DNA from: a bacterium
GTDB taxonomy: Bacteria; UBA8248
Assembly: GCA_965213685.1 (NCBI GenBank)
Contig: CBDBZY010000064.1
Location: 768,001-832,000 of the forward strand
Length of the DNA stretch: 64,000 bases
Direction: 5' to 3'
Both the position numbers and the translations under genes were made by a program. Below, one piece after another: positions 1 to 14,029 of this stretch (its first letter is position 1; each line of letters opens with the position of its first letter). Below the pieces are notes generated by a model. That model saw only the letters and a list, made by a program, of their open reading frames with translations. It searched no databases and was not told where the DNA came from.

Positions 1-283
1 CATGTAGGCGTCTTGAACAGTTGCTGTGGCGACACGGCGAGTGCAGTAAAGTAAAACGGCAACAACTAGTGATTAGGCAGAAATCTACGTCTTTGCTAGT
101 ATTAGCTATTACAGTAACTGGCGGATTCCTATAGCTACGAATTAATTGTTCTGTCCTTGAGGTAAGACTAGTGTGTGATAGAGCCATTGCGCAGATTAAC
201 TGCGCCTCTGCCATTTTTTCGCTTGCAGAAATAATTAGCCTGCACTGTATGCGAGAGATATATACTAAGACCAATCACTGAGC

Positions 284-2892
284 ATGGCAGACAGCAGAGG
301 ATCACCTGAGCACAGTGATGGACATAAGATGCTGAAGAAACCACCAGTAATGCCAAAACCTAAACATCAAGTGCAGATTGAAAACCACACCACAACAACA
401 CCCAGTTTCCCATTCAATGCCACCCAGACACCACTTGTTCCCCCCAAGAGCCCAAAAGGGAGCGAAGAGGGCAGCAATGGCCACAGAAGGCCCATGCCTC
501 CGCCTCGCTCTTCTTCCATACCAATAACAGAGGAAGACACCAACCTCACGAGTGGGAGCACTACAAATGAGCCATTACCAACTGCAGCCCATGTCTATCC
601 CTCCCCTTCCTACAGTGTAGAATCGATGAACCTGTTCTCGCCCACGGCTGTATCTCCAGCCAGAATGACATGCATCTCCCAGGCTCTATCTCTTCAAGAG
701 TTGGTTGAAAAGTATTCGCAGTCCTTCCCAATGCAAATCAAAGTTCTCCATGGCTTTAGTGGCCAAACCTCACAGCTCACTCTCTCCAGTGGAGATTACT
801 ACAATATTCACTTCATGAAACGCCAGGAAGTTGTGTCCCTGAGGGATACATTGGGGTTCACCTACACAATCCCCCTCAATTCCGCCCTTCAGTTTGGTTT
901 GGTCCAGAGTGAAGATGCCCACCTTCAAAAAGAGTATGATAGCCGGGTGTACGAAAAGGTCTCTGACCTGCTAGCTCTATCATCTCTACCCAAAGTAGTC
1001 TGTGCAACAAAAGACGTAAAAGCCAGCGATGACAAAAACACAATCAGAGCAGATGAAATTCTTGTAATCAAGCGTGCTTTCAAACCCAAATTACTTGGCA
1101 AGAGATCACTTGAAGTGCTCAGTCTCAAGACGCAGACAACAAAAGTCTTATCTCCTGATTGTGAAGGCTGCTTCTCACTCAGCCCTCAACGCAACAAGAT
1201 TTATTTGCTGGAATTTGTGAAATGCATACCAAATCCATTTCCTTGTCAAGCTCTAATTTTCATGAGTAATGACATCTCGACAACACTGCAGTGTATTTCA
1301 CCCTCCCTTCTCTCCGGTGTTGTGACCCTCACAGGACACAAGTGTGAGACGTCTCTCATTGCCTCCTCAGTCACATACACAGAAACTGAGGATCCAGGTC
1401 AGGTCGGTATTCAAGAGGCAGCAGTGGATATACCGGTTGATGAGCGATTGAGGGATGTAGAGGTGGCCATTGTTGAAACAGTAGATTTACGGCAACAGGA
1501 GAGGTTGTTTGATAAGACTCGAGACCTCTTTGAAAACTTCGATATCACAAGGGTGGCCAGTTGCTATGATGGCCCAAACGACAATGTCTACATTACACAG
1601 AGCCTTCTTTATGCCAGTACTGAGAGAGGTTCAGAGAAAGTAGGGGTTCAAGTGGATAAGCCTCTAGCTGCCTATGCTAAAACCACATCACCTGCGAGCC
1701 CAGATGGTACACAGAGAATGAAAAGTGAAGATGAAGTGTTGTATGAGAGTGTTCCCTCAATGGAAGGAGTTCCTACTACCACTCTAGACCTGCAGCCACA
1801 CTATGCAGCCGTTGGGCAATATGAGGAGCCTAGCTCAAGAATGTTGTTTGATGCACAGAAAGAAAGTTACCAACCAACATCATTTCCAAGCCAGACTCCT
1901 TATGGAGATGGCAATCCATGGGCTCATTATGACCAACTTCCATGTTTTTCTCGGCAAGTACCAACAGCTGGAATGCGACTCAGGCGCAGCCAATCGCAAG
2001 AAGTGATACCATCTACTGACCTACCAGACTATGAAGACATGCGGCCCCTCACTCCCTCACTGAGACGATTCCTCTCCTCCAGTGTACTTCCAGGAATTAG
2101 TTATCACAGGGAAACTGAAACAAAACTGGACAAGGTGGTGGCTACATCAAATGCTCTTGAATCTTCCATCAGAGATCTCTCAAAGAGAATGACCCGTATG
2201 GAGCATCAAGTAAGTGAAGTGATACGAATGAGCGCAATGATGAAGACCCTGTCAGAGGGAATGGCTGCTCTGAATTCTCAGATCAATCAGCTTCGTGGGG
2301 AACAAGGAGGGAGGGGGAAGGAAGTGATGAATGCTCGCTCCAATGATGAATCAAAACAAAAGAAGGATGATGAAAGTCGCCAGTATTTGGAGCAATTAGA
2401 TATGACCCAGGTATGCATTAAGTGGGTCGATATACCTGTTGTGCATTATGTAGTCCATTTTTGCTACCTTGGACCATCAAGCAATCAACAGGGCATATCT
2501 CATTTCAACCATAATTTGTACTTAGCTGCTAAACGAATTATGCAGTAGAGGTAGTAACTGTTATGCCAAACATCCATAGCAATGAATGACAGATATGAGT
2601 GCATCGCTGTCTACTACAATTATGACTTGAGTGACTACTTTGCTGTGTATAGCAATTTAATCTGCTACCTTCTTTTCCTTAGATGGAAAAACTCTTGGAT
2701 GCCATGGGTCTTATGCAGTACAAAGAGATCTTCCATCGTGAACACATAACTGGAAAGCTTTTGCTGCAGTGCAGTGAAGAGATGCTGGAGAAGGAACTTG
2801 GCATGGAAAAGAAACTGCATCGCATGAGGCTAATGGAAGTTATTAGTGGCCAGCAGTCTGCTAAAGACCTTTTGACTGGAATTTTTAATTAA
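284..2892 (+). CDS. CABIT-SAM adaptor paralog 1 (GAREM/THEMIS-like); exons 284-2410 and 2683-2892; ~778 aa
   Basis: Pro-rich N-terminus (KKPPVMPKPK, PLVPPKSPK, RPMPPPR). CABIT-like core (LSLQELV..FPMQIKVLHG..YNIHF..YTIPLNS..LPKVVC..DEILVI..DCEGCFS), then a Tyr-rich tail and a heptad segment. Donor CAG|GTATGC at 2410/2411 and acceptor TTCCTTAG at 2681-2682 give a phase-0 join to a SAM exon (LLDAMGLMQYKEIFHREHITGKLLL..LEKELGM..LHRMRL). Confidence 0.85.
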
Positions 2893-3105
2893 TTCTGTTA
2901 TTTGCTACCCTTACATACATAACCTAGAATGACTTAAATTAGACTTATACATGTAGTTGTGCTGCAATGTTTGTGCAATATGATGTACCCAAACAAGTTC
3001 TAATAATATTTTGCATAAATTGGTGATTGGTTCATAGAAGGGAAACGAGATAGCTGCTGCAATAGAAAAATTGCTTTGTAAGGCATAGCGCACTCTTGCT
3101 CTCCC

Positions 3106-3157
<52 letters not shown>

Positions 3158-3678
3158 GAACCAGATCAGCCTGCACGTGAGTATGGGGCAGAAAAATTTG
3201 AAAAGAGTACTAGCCCCCACGTGATTGTTGGGTTTGTGGCGCGCACTCGCTGCATACCTGAAACCGCAGCATGGCAGTAGCATATACCTATAATCTATGG
3301 CAGTAGCAAGCCAGCCCTATTTACCTCCCAATCAAAAAATACGGCTAGACTGCCAGGCTAATAACGCTACGCGTCTGCCAGCAGTTAACTTGGGAAAAGG
3401 GTACGCGGCGCGGCGGCGCACGGCGTGGTCACGTGCACCAAGTGCACTTAAATACTTAGCATAATAGCAGTACAGGTACAGAAGAGGAGGGTGTGATTGG
3501 TAGATTTAGAGTGCCGCCTGTAAGTTTTACTTATAGCATAGCCGAATATTGGATGGCTCTAGTGCAGAGTACATCTATGCACGCGCCGTGTATTATGTAT
3601 TTCACCGCCTTACTATACTATAGCCAACATGATACTTTCCTACGTGCAGGTAAACTGACATCTACACTATAAACTGCT

Positions 3679-6332
3679 ATGGCTGAACGACGAGAACATT
3701 GTCCACTACCACCTAACTCCCCTGTACTCAGCTCTGACAAACCAGGCAAAGGTGACACCAGCTCTGTGCCGCCAAAGGTACCTCCAAGACCAGGCAGACA
3801 GAACAAGGATGAGTCCAGAAGTAAGGTACGAGTACTTTCACACTCCCACTCTGTAGCCACTGAACCAATCCCAGTTTCTAAGCGATCTAAACTGACAAAG
3901 GCAAATTCACTATCAACATCTGCTCTCCCGGGAGCAGAAAAACGCCTGCTAGAGGAGCCACTACAGTCCAGTCACCTACATGCATCTGAGGTGACATTGC
4001 AACAACTGGCCAAAGACTTCTCTCAGTCTTTCCCACTACGAATCAAGGTGCTTTATGGTTACAGTGGCCCCTTCTCAGAAGTCACCATTTCAACAGATGA
4101 CTTCTACGATGTGCACTTTCTCAAAGCTCAGAAGGTTGTGGTTGCCACAGATTCCCAAGGAGAGGCGTACACTATTCCCCTCAACACCCCCCTGCAATTT
4201 GGGTTGTTGTACAGTGGCAATGTGGGCAAGAAGCAGAATGAGGAGAAGACATATGCCAGGGTTTCTGACATCCTTGCAGTAACGCCACTGCCCAAAGTAA
4301 TCTGTGCCACCAAGAAATACGATGGAACCGACAAATCAAGTTCTGTGGAGGCCAATGAAATTATGGTGGTCAACCGCACCATCAAGTCCAAGCTATTAGG
4401 TAAAAAATCAATTGAAGTATTGAGCCTGCGGACAAAGTCAAAGAAAGTCTTGGGCTATGAGTGTGAGGGGATGTTTTCACTCAGTCCATCCAAAATCCGA
4501 TTGTACCTCCCAGAAATCACGCAATGCATTGATGATCCCTTTCCATGTCAAGTAATTCTTGAGAATGACAGGCTGTCCTCTACGCCTCAGTATATTCCAT
4601 CTTCATCACTGTCTGGTCCTGTGACACTCAGTGAAGTAAAAACACGAACTTCTCTTATTGTTTCTCCTGCTATCAATGAAGATGATCCGAGTTCTGTACT
4701 GACAAACATACTGGAGCTCCCAGCTGATGGTACGCTCTCCATGGTCAAGGTTACTATTGTACGAACATTTGAATACCAAGCAGAGAAATTAACCAACAAA
4801 ACCAGAGAGATTTATCAGTCGCTGGATCTATCACACACTGCTCTCTATCCGGCTGCACAGGATGATCAGGAATACACTGACCTACAATGGCTGCAGGAAG
4901 ACACAGATAATGAATATGTTACAGTTAATCTTAATGCAGTATCACCTCCAAGGGCTATCAATCAAGAGTCGCAGTGGAAAGGTAAAGAGTTCAATAGCAC
5001 TGGAGCAAAATATGACAGGATTGAATATCATGGCACCATGTATGCCACAGTTGATTTCAAACCTTCCCTCCCATCTCCGCCTGCAAATCTGCCTGAAAGT
5101 GGTGCTGTTTCTTCTCTACCTCACAGTCCTCATTCCAGTAAACCGGCGCCTCTCCCCCGCACACAGCTACCACTACAGAGCAGCAGGAAGCAAGACCAAA
5201 CGCACAGTTCTCCCACTGTACCCATCTCAAGTTCTCCTTTGTTGGAAAAGGACCCACCTTATGCAAGGATGCCTATGGAGACTCACTACAATCCTTCATC
5301 TCCCATCAGAGGCTTTCCCCTCCCGCTCCCTCGCAGGCAGAGCACTGGTGAAAAGGATAGATCAGCACTGGCATCACCATCAGAGTCAGTCTGTCGCACC
5401 AAACGTCCATCAACTGACATGCAGCCACAGTTGGATGGAGCATCTGGTACCTCCAATGGTGCAAACCATGGCCCACTGTACACCCACAATCATGGAGCTT
5501 CCTCAGATACCAAAGAAAAACCACACTACATGTATCCTCGCAATGTTCCTCTGTCAAGTTATTCAGAAGCAGCCAACATACCCGAGCCACACTACATGAG
5601 CCCTAAATCTCCAAGCCCCTCTATAGGAGCCAACACACCTGAGCATCTACATGTACATCCACCTGGGCCTCACTACATGAACCCTAAACCACATACACGC
5701 AAAGAGTTGTCTGCCACACCATTGTACAGCTCTGCTTGTGAAGTAAACACAACACGAGATAGATCCATTGAGCACTTCACGAATGCACTGCAGACTTTGA
5801 ATGCTCGAATGGCCAAGATTGAAGAAGATATTGAGAACATCAAGCAAAGGATTGGCCCATTGGAGGAGAGACGAGTACTGTTGGAAGGGCCTGGAACAAA
5901 AAACACGTCCTCAGAGCAAGCTGGTATTAAGTCTGACGTATTGGGCACTACTGAAGCCAATCGTGCTTTTCTTAATCAATTGGATGTTGAAGGGGTGAGT
6001 AATGCACTCAGACACAACATAATACAAAGGTCTACTAGATTCATTGACATTTGAATTTGGTTGCATATTGAGGCCAGAATTTGATGTACATGTACGTGAC
6101 AGTCCCCCCCCCCCCCCACACCACACAGGTACAGAGGCTCCTTCAAGCCATGAATCTGACACAGTATCAATCTTCATTCGCCAAGGAGCAGGTTTGCGGG
6201 ATGGTCCTAGGCCAGTGCAGCAAGGAAATGTTGAAAGATGAACTTGGCATAGACAAGACCCTCCATCTCAAGAGACTTGCTATGGTCATCACTGGCCAGC
6301 TATCGGCAAGAGACATCTTGACCACACGATGA
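3679..6332 (+). CDS. CABIT-SAM adaptor paralog 2; exons 3679-5994 and 6129-6332; ~839 aa
   Basis: VPPKVPPRPGR motif, CABIT-like core with ECEGMFS, Tyr motifs (YATV, YARM, YMYP, YMSP, YMNP) and a coiled-coil-like segment. Donor GGG|GTGAGT at 5994/5995, acceptor CACAG at 6127-6128, phase 0. SAM exon VQRLLQAMNLTQYQSSFAKEQVCG. Confidence 0.85.
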
Positions 6333-6954
6333 ATAACTTTACACAGCGTCATGATGGCCATCACCAAGTATATACATACATGTACATGTATATTTGAACT
6401 ATACGGTGTGCTTCTGTATATCGGACATACATGTATATTAGTACACAAGCCACAACCAACTACTACAGGTGGGTATGAGGGACTCACACTCACACAAGCC
6501 CTAGTGGAACACACAGAGTCATGCACTGAAATATAACACATGAAACTCCTTACATATATGTAAAAATTAAGCAATATAAAGAAGGGGTGGTATGATCTAA
6601 TGCATGGAAGCAGGCATGGGGGAAGGTGCTGAGAGCAAGGAGCACCACACAAAGGCACTACCTTAGAGGAGACAAGGAGCTCCTCTTCAGGTAAGAAACA
6701 AGACACAAACACATTGATGCATTAAGGACACTAAGTACGTTTTGGACCTAATGGGCACATTTGTTGGCTTGTACGAAAATGGAAAATTCCTTGAAAACAT
6801 TTGCATTATGAATTAGCCTTGACAGTCACAAACCACTATGAGTACACATGTACGTGCGTTAAGAAGTTAATACAGCACAACAATTTAAGAGATTACACAA
6901 ATTGGCAAGAAATGGACACAAAACACTTCTCATCTCGTGCTGGACCTGAGGTGT

Positions 6955-9900
6955 TTAAAACTCATATGGATTCTGTCCCTCTAGGATGTTCTTAGCCGAG
7001 TGATGTCCATCAACTACTTTCATGAGCCGGATTCGGTGAATCTTGGAGGTGACGCCTAGTTCCTTCTCTAAGTCCATTTCATTGCACTCTAGAAGGATCT
7101 CACCAGAGATCATCTCTTTGGCAAATGCAGCCTTGTACTGGCTGAGATTCATTGCTGACAGCAGGTCTAGGACCTGTGTGTATGTGTGTGTGTGTGTGTG
7201 TGCAAGTGAGCATATGAAATGGAAACAATAATGTATAGTAAAGGTTGTGCCAGTGGACATGTTATGTACAGATCACACCTTTTGTGCTAATACATGTAAG
7301 TCAACTACATTAACTGCCCAGCACACTGCCGATTGAGTAGCAACAAGTGTATAGATGACTACACTTACTAGCCAGGATCGTTCCTAAGCATGACTGTCAT
7401 GTGCAAGAATCGACTTCCTTCATGCGGCTTTTAGACCACGATACATGCACACATACATGTACATGTACATGTATCCTTGGAACTAAAGAAAGGTCATCTA
7501 AGAAGGGCTTAATGCTACGTGTACATCAACATAACCTTCTAAACATGGCCTATACATGTACGCTTTTATGCATTCTTATACATGCTACATGTACTTTGGT
7601 CAGTGGTGCATTCACTCACAGTGGTCAGAGTCATGTTCCTAACAAACTGCTTGTTTGCTGCAATGATTTCTGGTGGCACACTAGAACAATCGACTGCAGC
7701 AGTGTCAGTGCCAGGCATGAGGGACACGGCTCCAGGCGTAGGCTGTCCACCTGGAAACATGTGAACATAGGAGGAGAGAGGCGGCTGAGCTGACAGTCCA
7801 GGATATGGTGCAAAGGGCACTTGTGATGGCAGCTGTGTTGCAGTGACTTGGGGCTGATACTGTTCGTGCAGCCACTGCTGAGGTGGGGGGGAGAAGGTCT
7901 GCCGGTGCTTCGGAGAAAACAAGCTGACAGGGGAACTATGAAGTGGCGAGCTACTAGACGCCATAAACATCTCACGTGCTTCGTCATCAATCATTTCATA
8001 AACATGATCATCAGAAGAATCAGAGTTGTAATCCTCTTCCTTCAACTGCGTCAAAGGCTGGTTCTTCGACGCTGATCCTTTACCTGTGGACCCTTTTGTT
8101 GCAGCTCCCTTTTCCTCTTTTATTTTCCCAGACCATGAAATCTCATAAGTAGCTCTTTTTCCCCCTTTTTTCTTTCCAGATCCCACACTCTTAGTAGCTT
8201 CTCTCTGTTTTGCGTCGCCACCATCCACACTTCCATATGCACCGTCTGTTTCCTTCTTTGTCTTCTTAGACTCCACCCTGTCGTACACTGCTTGTGATGT
8301 GCGGAGCTCCACCCCTGCCTTCCCGAGGTCCGACCGCACTGCCATGTAGAAAACTGACTGTGCGTCATTGATCTTGTCCGAGCCCTTGTCCAACAGTACC
8401 ATGTAATGTCGGGGGTTGTACTCTGCCAAAATAGCCTGGGTGTTCATGTAGAGCTTCTCTGTCTCCTTTTCGCTGGGTGCTTCCAGGATCTCTGCCTCCA
8501 GCTCCCCAAGATGGCTGTCTAGTGGGATCTCCAGTAGCTGAGAGACACGGCTGGCCTTCTCTTGGGGTGCCATCTCATAGCGCTCATCAGATGGGTCAGC
8601 TGTGCTAGCGATGATGGCAGGAGAGGTGGCAGCCAGGGCAACTTCCATTGTCACATTGATGAGTGTAATCGGCTTCTTGAAGAGAGCCTTGGGAATATTA
8701 CGGAAAACAGGAGACTCATAGTCACTCTCAGAGGTCAGAAACATCATTGCTCGGCAAGGGAGGACATTTTTGAGCTTGTTGGCAAACTCCAAAACATGGA
8801 TTTGGGTGCGTTCAGGAGCTACGGAGAAATTGCCTCGGCAATCTGCAGGAAGTAGCTTCTTGCACTCTGCCTGTATGCTGTAGCATTTGAGCGCTTTCCT
8901 GTGCTTCAAAGCTGGCTTGTAAACACCCTTTATGATCAGGATTTCATCTCTCCTCACGGTCAACTTGTCCCCTTTGCCCCCGAATGATGTACATGAGGCA
9001 CACACTACTTTGGGCAGGGTCTTCAGCGCAAGGAGATCTGCAACTGTTTCAAACACCGTGTTTGTCTCCTGCTCGGGTTTCTTGTTACCCTTTCCTTTCT
9101 GTGTGGGGCTCTTGACAGCACCAGGTGTCTCCTCCTGATCTGGATCGTAGATAATCCCAAACTTGATGGCTGAGTTGAGTGGAATGGTGTACACAGTGCC
9201 CACGGAGTCGCGCGTTGTCATGACCTTGGTGTGCTTAGTGAAGTGGACATTGAAAACATCAGATGCAGAGAGGGTGAAACGATTCGTCTGGCCATAGTAG
9301 CCATCAAGGAGGTGGATCTTGATGGGGAACTTGTCTGACTGTGTTTCGGCAAGTTGTGCCAATGTCATCTTCTCCCCAGTTGGCCGCCAGTTGAGTTCCG
9401 CTGGAGAGGGCATGGAAGACATGCCCGGAACAGTCTTTGCTCGAGGTCTTGGTTTAGGTGGGAGGGGCTTGACAGGGTTTGTGTCCAGCGATGCTTGTTT
9501 CTGGAAGCACTCATTGATGCGGTTGGGCAGAGGAGGTGGGGTTTCAGTGGCTGGGCTGTTTGACTCTGCTTCATCCTCCAACTTCATCCCCTGCTTGGAG
9601 GTAGGCAGTTTCACTAAAGCTGTCGATGGCGGCACTGACACCTCTGCCCCTTCCTTCCCTGACTGCTCTGAAGTGCCTTCAGGTGCTTGCTCCACAGCCA
9701 CTCCTCCCACAGCCTCACTGCGGGGCATAGACTGGGGCACCTCCTTAGGGAACGTGGGCACATAATTCTTTGGTTTCTGAGCTACTGGTGGCAGTTGTGG
9801 TTTAGCTGGTGAATCATGCGATGAGGTGTCCCCTGTGGCTGGCTTTGTTGTTAGTGATACAGTCTGGTAGTTTGAGCGTGGTTTGGGGACTGGCTTGGGT

Positions 9901-10148
9901 CTGTCTGCGGACTCTGGAGCCAGTGGAGGGGAGGGGGATGTTATACCGCTATCTGGACTGAGTGTACCACTGGTGACTGTTTCATTTGCCACAGTGGAGG
10001 GGCTGGAGGAAGGGGAATGAGGAGTCGAGTGGGTGAGTGTGATGGGGGAGGAGGGAAGGGTAGTGGGATTAAGTGTGGAGGATTGCTGCTGCTCCATCAC
10101 AGTAAAAGGCACGTATTTGTATTCCTTGGGTGGACCAGTCTGTGACAT
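6955..10148 (-). CDS. CABIT-SAM adaptor paralog 3; exons 10148-7620 and 7173-6955; ~915 aa
   Basis: Long Pro/Ser-rich N-terminus and a CABIT-like core (W..MTLAQLA..FPIKIHLLDGYYG..FETVADLL..LKCYS..LLPADCRGNFS). Minus-strand donor ACT|GTGAGT at 7620/7619, acceptor CACAG at 7175-7174, phase 0. SAM exon VLDLLSAMNLSQYKAAFAKEMISGEILL. A probable 5'UTR acceptor lies at 10157-10156. Confidence 0.87.
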
Positions 10149-10234
10149 GGCGAGACTGCAGACGAAGGAACAAACAGAGTAAGCAGCTCAGCCATGTCCA
10201 TTACAGTGAATACAGAGATAACATGTGAGCGAGT

Positions 10235-10286
10235 TAGCCTCGTACCCAGTCCCCTCCCATGCAAATAGAGCCTGGGAATGAGGCTA
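10235..10286. mobile_element. Short TAGCCTCGTACCCAG...CTGGGAATGAGGCTA hairpin MITE (diverged)
   Basis: Its termini match the perfect 76-bp palindrome at 22642-22717. Confidence 0.6.
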
Positions 10287-12755
10287 ATGAACAAGGTATG
10301 TCAAATGCAAGTCCCAATGGTGCAAAGCACCCAACAAGTAGTTAACTCTGCAAATGTACCAAAGTGATCACCTGGATGTTGCTGGTGTTTCTGGCACATG
10401 GCTACATGCCAGCAAGTGCATGAATCATTGCAATATCAAGCAAAGCAATTATTTTGCTGAGTTGGTTTGAAATGTACCTACACAGTAGCTTGACAGTGCT
10501 AGGAATGACATTTGAGTCGTTTGCAGGTGCCCTTGCTCTCAGGCTCCATCACTGCACACAGTTCTTTCACTTACATGTACCTTGCAGTGCTGAGTTGATG
10601 GAACCTTCACCTGCCAAGAACAAACATAGTGGGAAGAGTTCCATCAACTTATGCACTCTAAGGTGAGTGAAGTAACTGTCCGGATGTCCAAGAGGGCATA
10701 AGAGAGAGGGGGGGAGTAAGAGCGTGTAACTACCCAACAAGCCTGTAGTACAGACGAAATCCTTGGGCTGTACTAAAAATAACATGAAGCCATCTGTGGT
10801 TTCCTGTGGTAAGTAGGTGTTAAAATAACATTGTCAGTGCAAGCGCGTATACGTATAAGAACGCAGGACGTGATTATGCAACGCAATGTAACAGAGAGAC
10901 CGCAAAGCTGATAAGAAAACGCGCGTTTTCGACCGTTCTAAATATAGTACTGGCGGGGGATTTCGCCCTGCCTTGCAGAAGCCATAGTTACACGCTCTTA
11001 CTCCCCCCCTCGCTCTCATGCGCTCTTGGATGTCACATGAGTGTTGATTTTCTGGCACCTTCATATTGCAATGTGGACAGTTCTTTTCAGTATAAAGTTT
11101 GCAGCAGTGCTTTCAATGTGTCATTGAGGTGATGCAAATATAGTGTAGACACACACTGTAGTAAGGATGGCAGGTCAAAACTACAGGACGACAGTACACA
11201 AACAAGGTAGGGCATATAAAACATTACACAGCTACATCTCCCATATAAAAAATGAATGCTATACACAAGAAGTCACTTAAACAGGACTACATACTGTCTG
11301 ATAGAATGTAAGTATTGGTGCTGCATCCAAGGTACATGTACATACATGTGCACATGTACATGTATAGGTGCTTGAATGCAACTCCCTGCTACTGTACTCT
11401 GGAAGGCATGGGATGGGGCCTTGAGCAAGACTCCAGCCTGACAATATGGCTTCACAGTACCAACATGCCAAGAGAGTTGAAGTCTAGATTTGCAGAATAC
11501 ATCACAACTCTGCACTATACACATGTACTGTACATGTACATGTACATACAGACAGACACAAGTCTATTGTCTATTTCAGTTCACTTTGCCAGTTTAAATT
11601 TCACAATAACTGCCTTAAAAATAGATGAATTTTCAAACTTTTTGAACGCACTAACAGTACATCAGCTGGGAGTTTACAGCTCCATTCCATGCCAGTCAAA
11701 AGTTAGCTGTATGTGCCATAAGCAAAGTATAGGGAAGCCATTGACCACGAAGAATGTATTCTGCGTGTGCACACACTACGCATTACTTGGTCGTGCGTGA
11801 GTGAACAGTAACAAGATGGCTACCATGCACCAGTGACCACATGTTTACGAAGAGAAAGCAAAGGTTGTAGACATCAAGCCAAAAGTTTGCAGTGCATAAA
11901 CCTTGCAGAAAAAGCTGTGTGTACGCACGTGCACATAATTAGGCGCGTGCCAGCTCTTACATACCACAAACATTCTCTTAATTAAATAATGACATGCCTC
12001 TTATGTTACACAATGTGTGCACTGACCTCTGGTGGCAAGGTGAACTCAAATGGACATTAGTATCTGGAGCACACAGGTTAGAGGGAAATACTACACATAA
12101 TTATGGCATTACTGTAGCATAACCAGTACTACTAGTAAAATGTAGGACATTGGGAGCAAGCGTGGGCGAGAGCTGGGTCTGAAATTATGTTCAAAAGTTG
12201 CCCTATTATTCCGTAAAATATATTATCCTTTTTGAGCACACCTACTATTCACAATTATTATAATTGACTTGAAAGAGATGATAAAATGTCATGACAACCT
12301 CCCAAGCATTCTATCACTGTAACACAGTACACTCAACTAAATACTCTTGTCCTATCTATTATCATACTGCAGCATCACTGATGGTTGTATGCAGTCCTCC
12401 AAAGCTGACTCTTTTTGTGAACAGAAAGTGTTTGGCAGATATGAAAGTATATGTTCAGATAATATAGCAGATGAGTAATTCTTACTTTTTAATCTACATG
12501 TATTAGTCTAGCATAATTATTGATGCTCCAAGCTGCCTGTCATTCTTAAAACTATGCTAGCATAATATCACAAGGCTTAGTGAAAGCAATGTGTGTGAGA
12601 GAAACCATGTATAGCAATACAGATGGTGGCTGTTGCAGCTTCGAGTTGTCAACCACAAAGCTCAGTAGAGAATACTTTCAGTGACATTATTGCCGAGCGC
12701 CTTAGTGTGAGGCATATAATCGCGCAGTGTGGGCTTTGATCTCACCTTGAGTTTC

Positions 12756-12810
12756 TATGTATGTATGTATGTATGTATGTATGTATGTATGTATGTATGT
12801 ATGTATGTAT
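12756..12810. repeat. (TATG)n microsatellite
   Basis: Directly visible. Confidence 0.95.
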
Positions 12811-12938
12811 ATACGTACATACTTCCGGTGTCACACGTGTCTGTGTTCATGCACGTACGTATGCATCAGCCACCGCCTCCAAGCTGAAAGAGAAGCTGCC
12901 CAGGAACCTTCAGAGAGTTCTAGAAACATAATTATACA

Positions 12939-13610
12939 GAGAAGGGTGCCTCGAGCTGGCTATCCACCTTACCTATCTCAGAGCATGGATTTGCTCTCCA
13001 CAAGGGTGCATTTTATGCCTATGGTGCCCAGCCCGCCTGCCCTCACATTGTGTATGTGGAACTCAGTTCACCATTGAGCATGCCATGATTTGCCCCAGAG
13101 GAGGCTTTCCATCCATCTGCCACAACGAAGTCCACAACATTACTGCCAATCTCTTGAGTGAAGTTTGCCACAGTGTTGGCACAAAGCCAAGCTTACAGAA
13201 TGTGTCTGAAGAACAGCTAACTCATAGGTCAGCAAATAGAGAAGATGGCGCAAGACTGGATATCATTGCCACGATATTCTAGGGGAAGAGATCGGCAATG
13301 CGCACTTTTTGACATACGGATTTTCAATCCATTTGCGCAGAGCTATCGGACACTTCCTTGCCTCAATGCTATCGCCAGAATGAGGTGGAGAAGAGGAGGG
13401 CACATGATGAACGAGTCAGAGAGGTTGAACATGGATCCTTCTCTCCACTGGTGCTCTCCACCACTGGAGGCATGGCCCCTACATCAACTGTCGTGTACAA
13501 GCGTATCGCTTCCATGATTGCTTCAAAACATGAGAACCCCTACAGCAAAACCATGCACTGGATCTCATGCAGATTGAGCTTTTCTCTTCTACACTCGGCG
13601 ATCGTGCGGT
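12939..13610 (+). mobile_element. Degenerate 3' fragment of a non-LTR retrotransposon with restriction-like endonuclease (CRE/R2-group type)
   Basis: Frameshifted pieces read EKGASSWLSTLPISEHGFALHKGAF, C.CG..H..ICPRGGFPSICHNE, ARLDI, FDIRIFNPFA, EKRR and FSPLVLSTTGG. This is the zinc knuckle plus PD-(D/E)xK-type endonuclease layout. Confidence 0.75.
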
Positions 13611-13965
13611 CAACCAGCAAGCTCAGCGGATAATGCATATCACGTAAGTTTAGTGTTTGCACATTTCAATGAACATACTCAACGGATGTACGCACCCTGC
13701 CCATACATACATGATAAGCATTGACAGCACGATCATAGGGGCAAGTAGCCAAGTGGATGGTGCCTGTTGCAGCTTCAAGCAGTCAGCCAGCAAGCTCAGC
13801 AGAGAATGCATGTCACGTAAGTTTAGTACAAAATTAATGAACGTACGCACCGGATGATCACATGCATACACGAGGAGCATTGACTGCATGAAAGTAGGGG
13901 CAAGCAGCAGATACGTGACAGCCGCTGCAGCTCTGAGCATCCAGTCAACCAGCAAGCTCAGCAGT
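13611..13965. repeat. ~170-bp tandem repeat (about 2.2 copies)
   Basis: CCAGCAAGCTCAGC recurs near 13614, 13787 and 13949 with similar flanks. A related diverged copy lies at ~12620-12675. Confidence 0.7.
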
Positions 13966-14029
13966 GAGCTCAGAAGTACATGTCATGTGACTTCAGTGCA
14001 TGCGCATTTCAGTGAATGTACGTTCCAGA

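Noticed and set aside
2411-2548. C-terminal tails of the long ORFs beyond the GT donors (also 5995-6054, 7566-7619, 36566-36598, 40361-40471, 41535-41600)
   Set aside because: These are intron read-through. The tails are unrelated between paralogs, whereas splicing restores a conserved SAM domain.
4862-5599. 245-aa alternative-frame ORF within paralog 2, and other overlapping or antisense ORFs
   Set aside because: Expected by-products of long coding exons; no recognisable domain and no conservation among paralogs.
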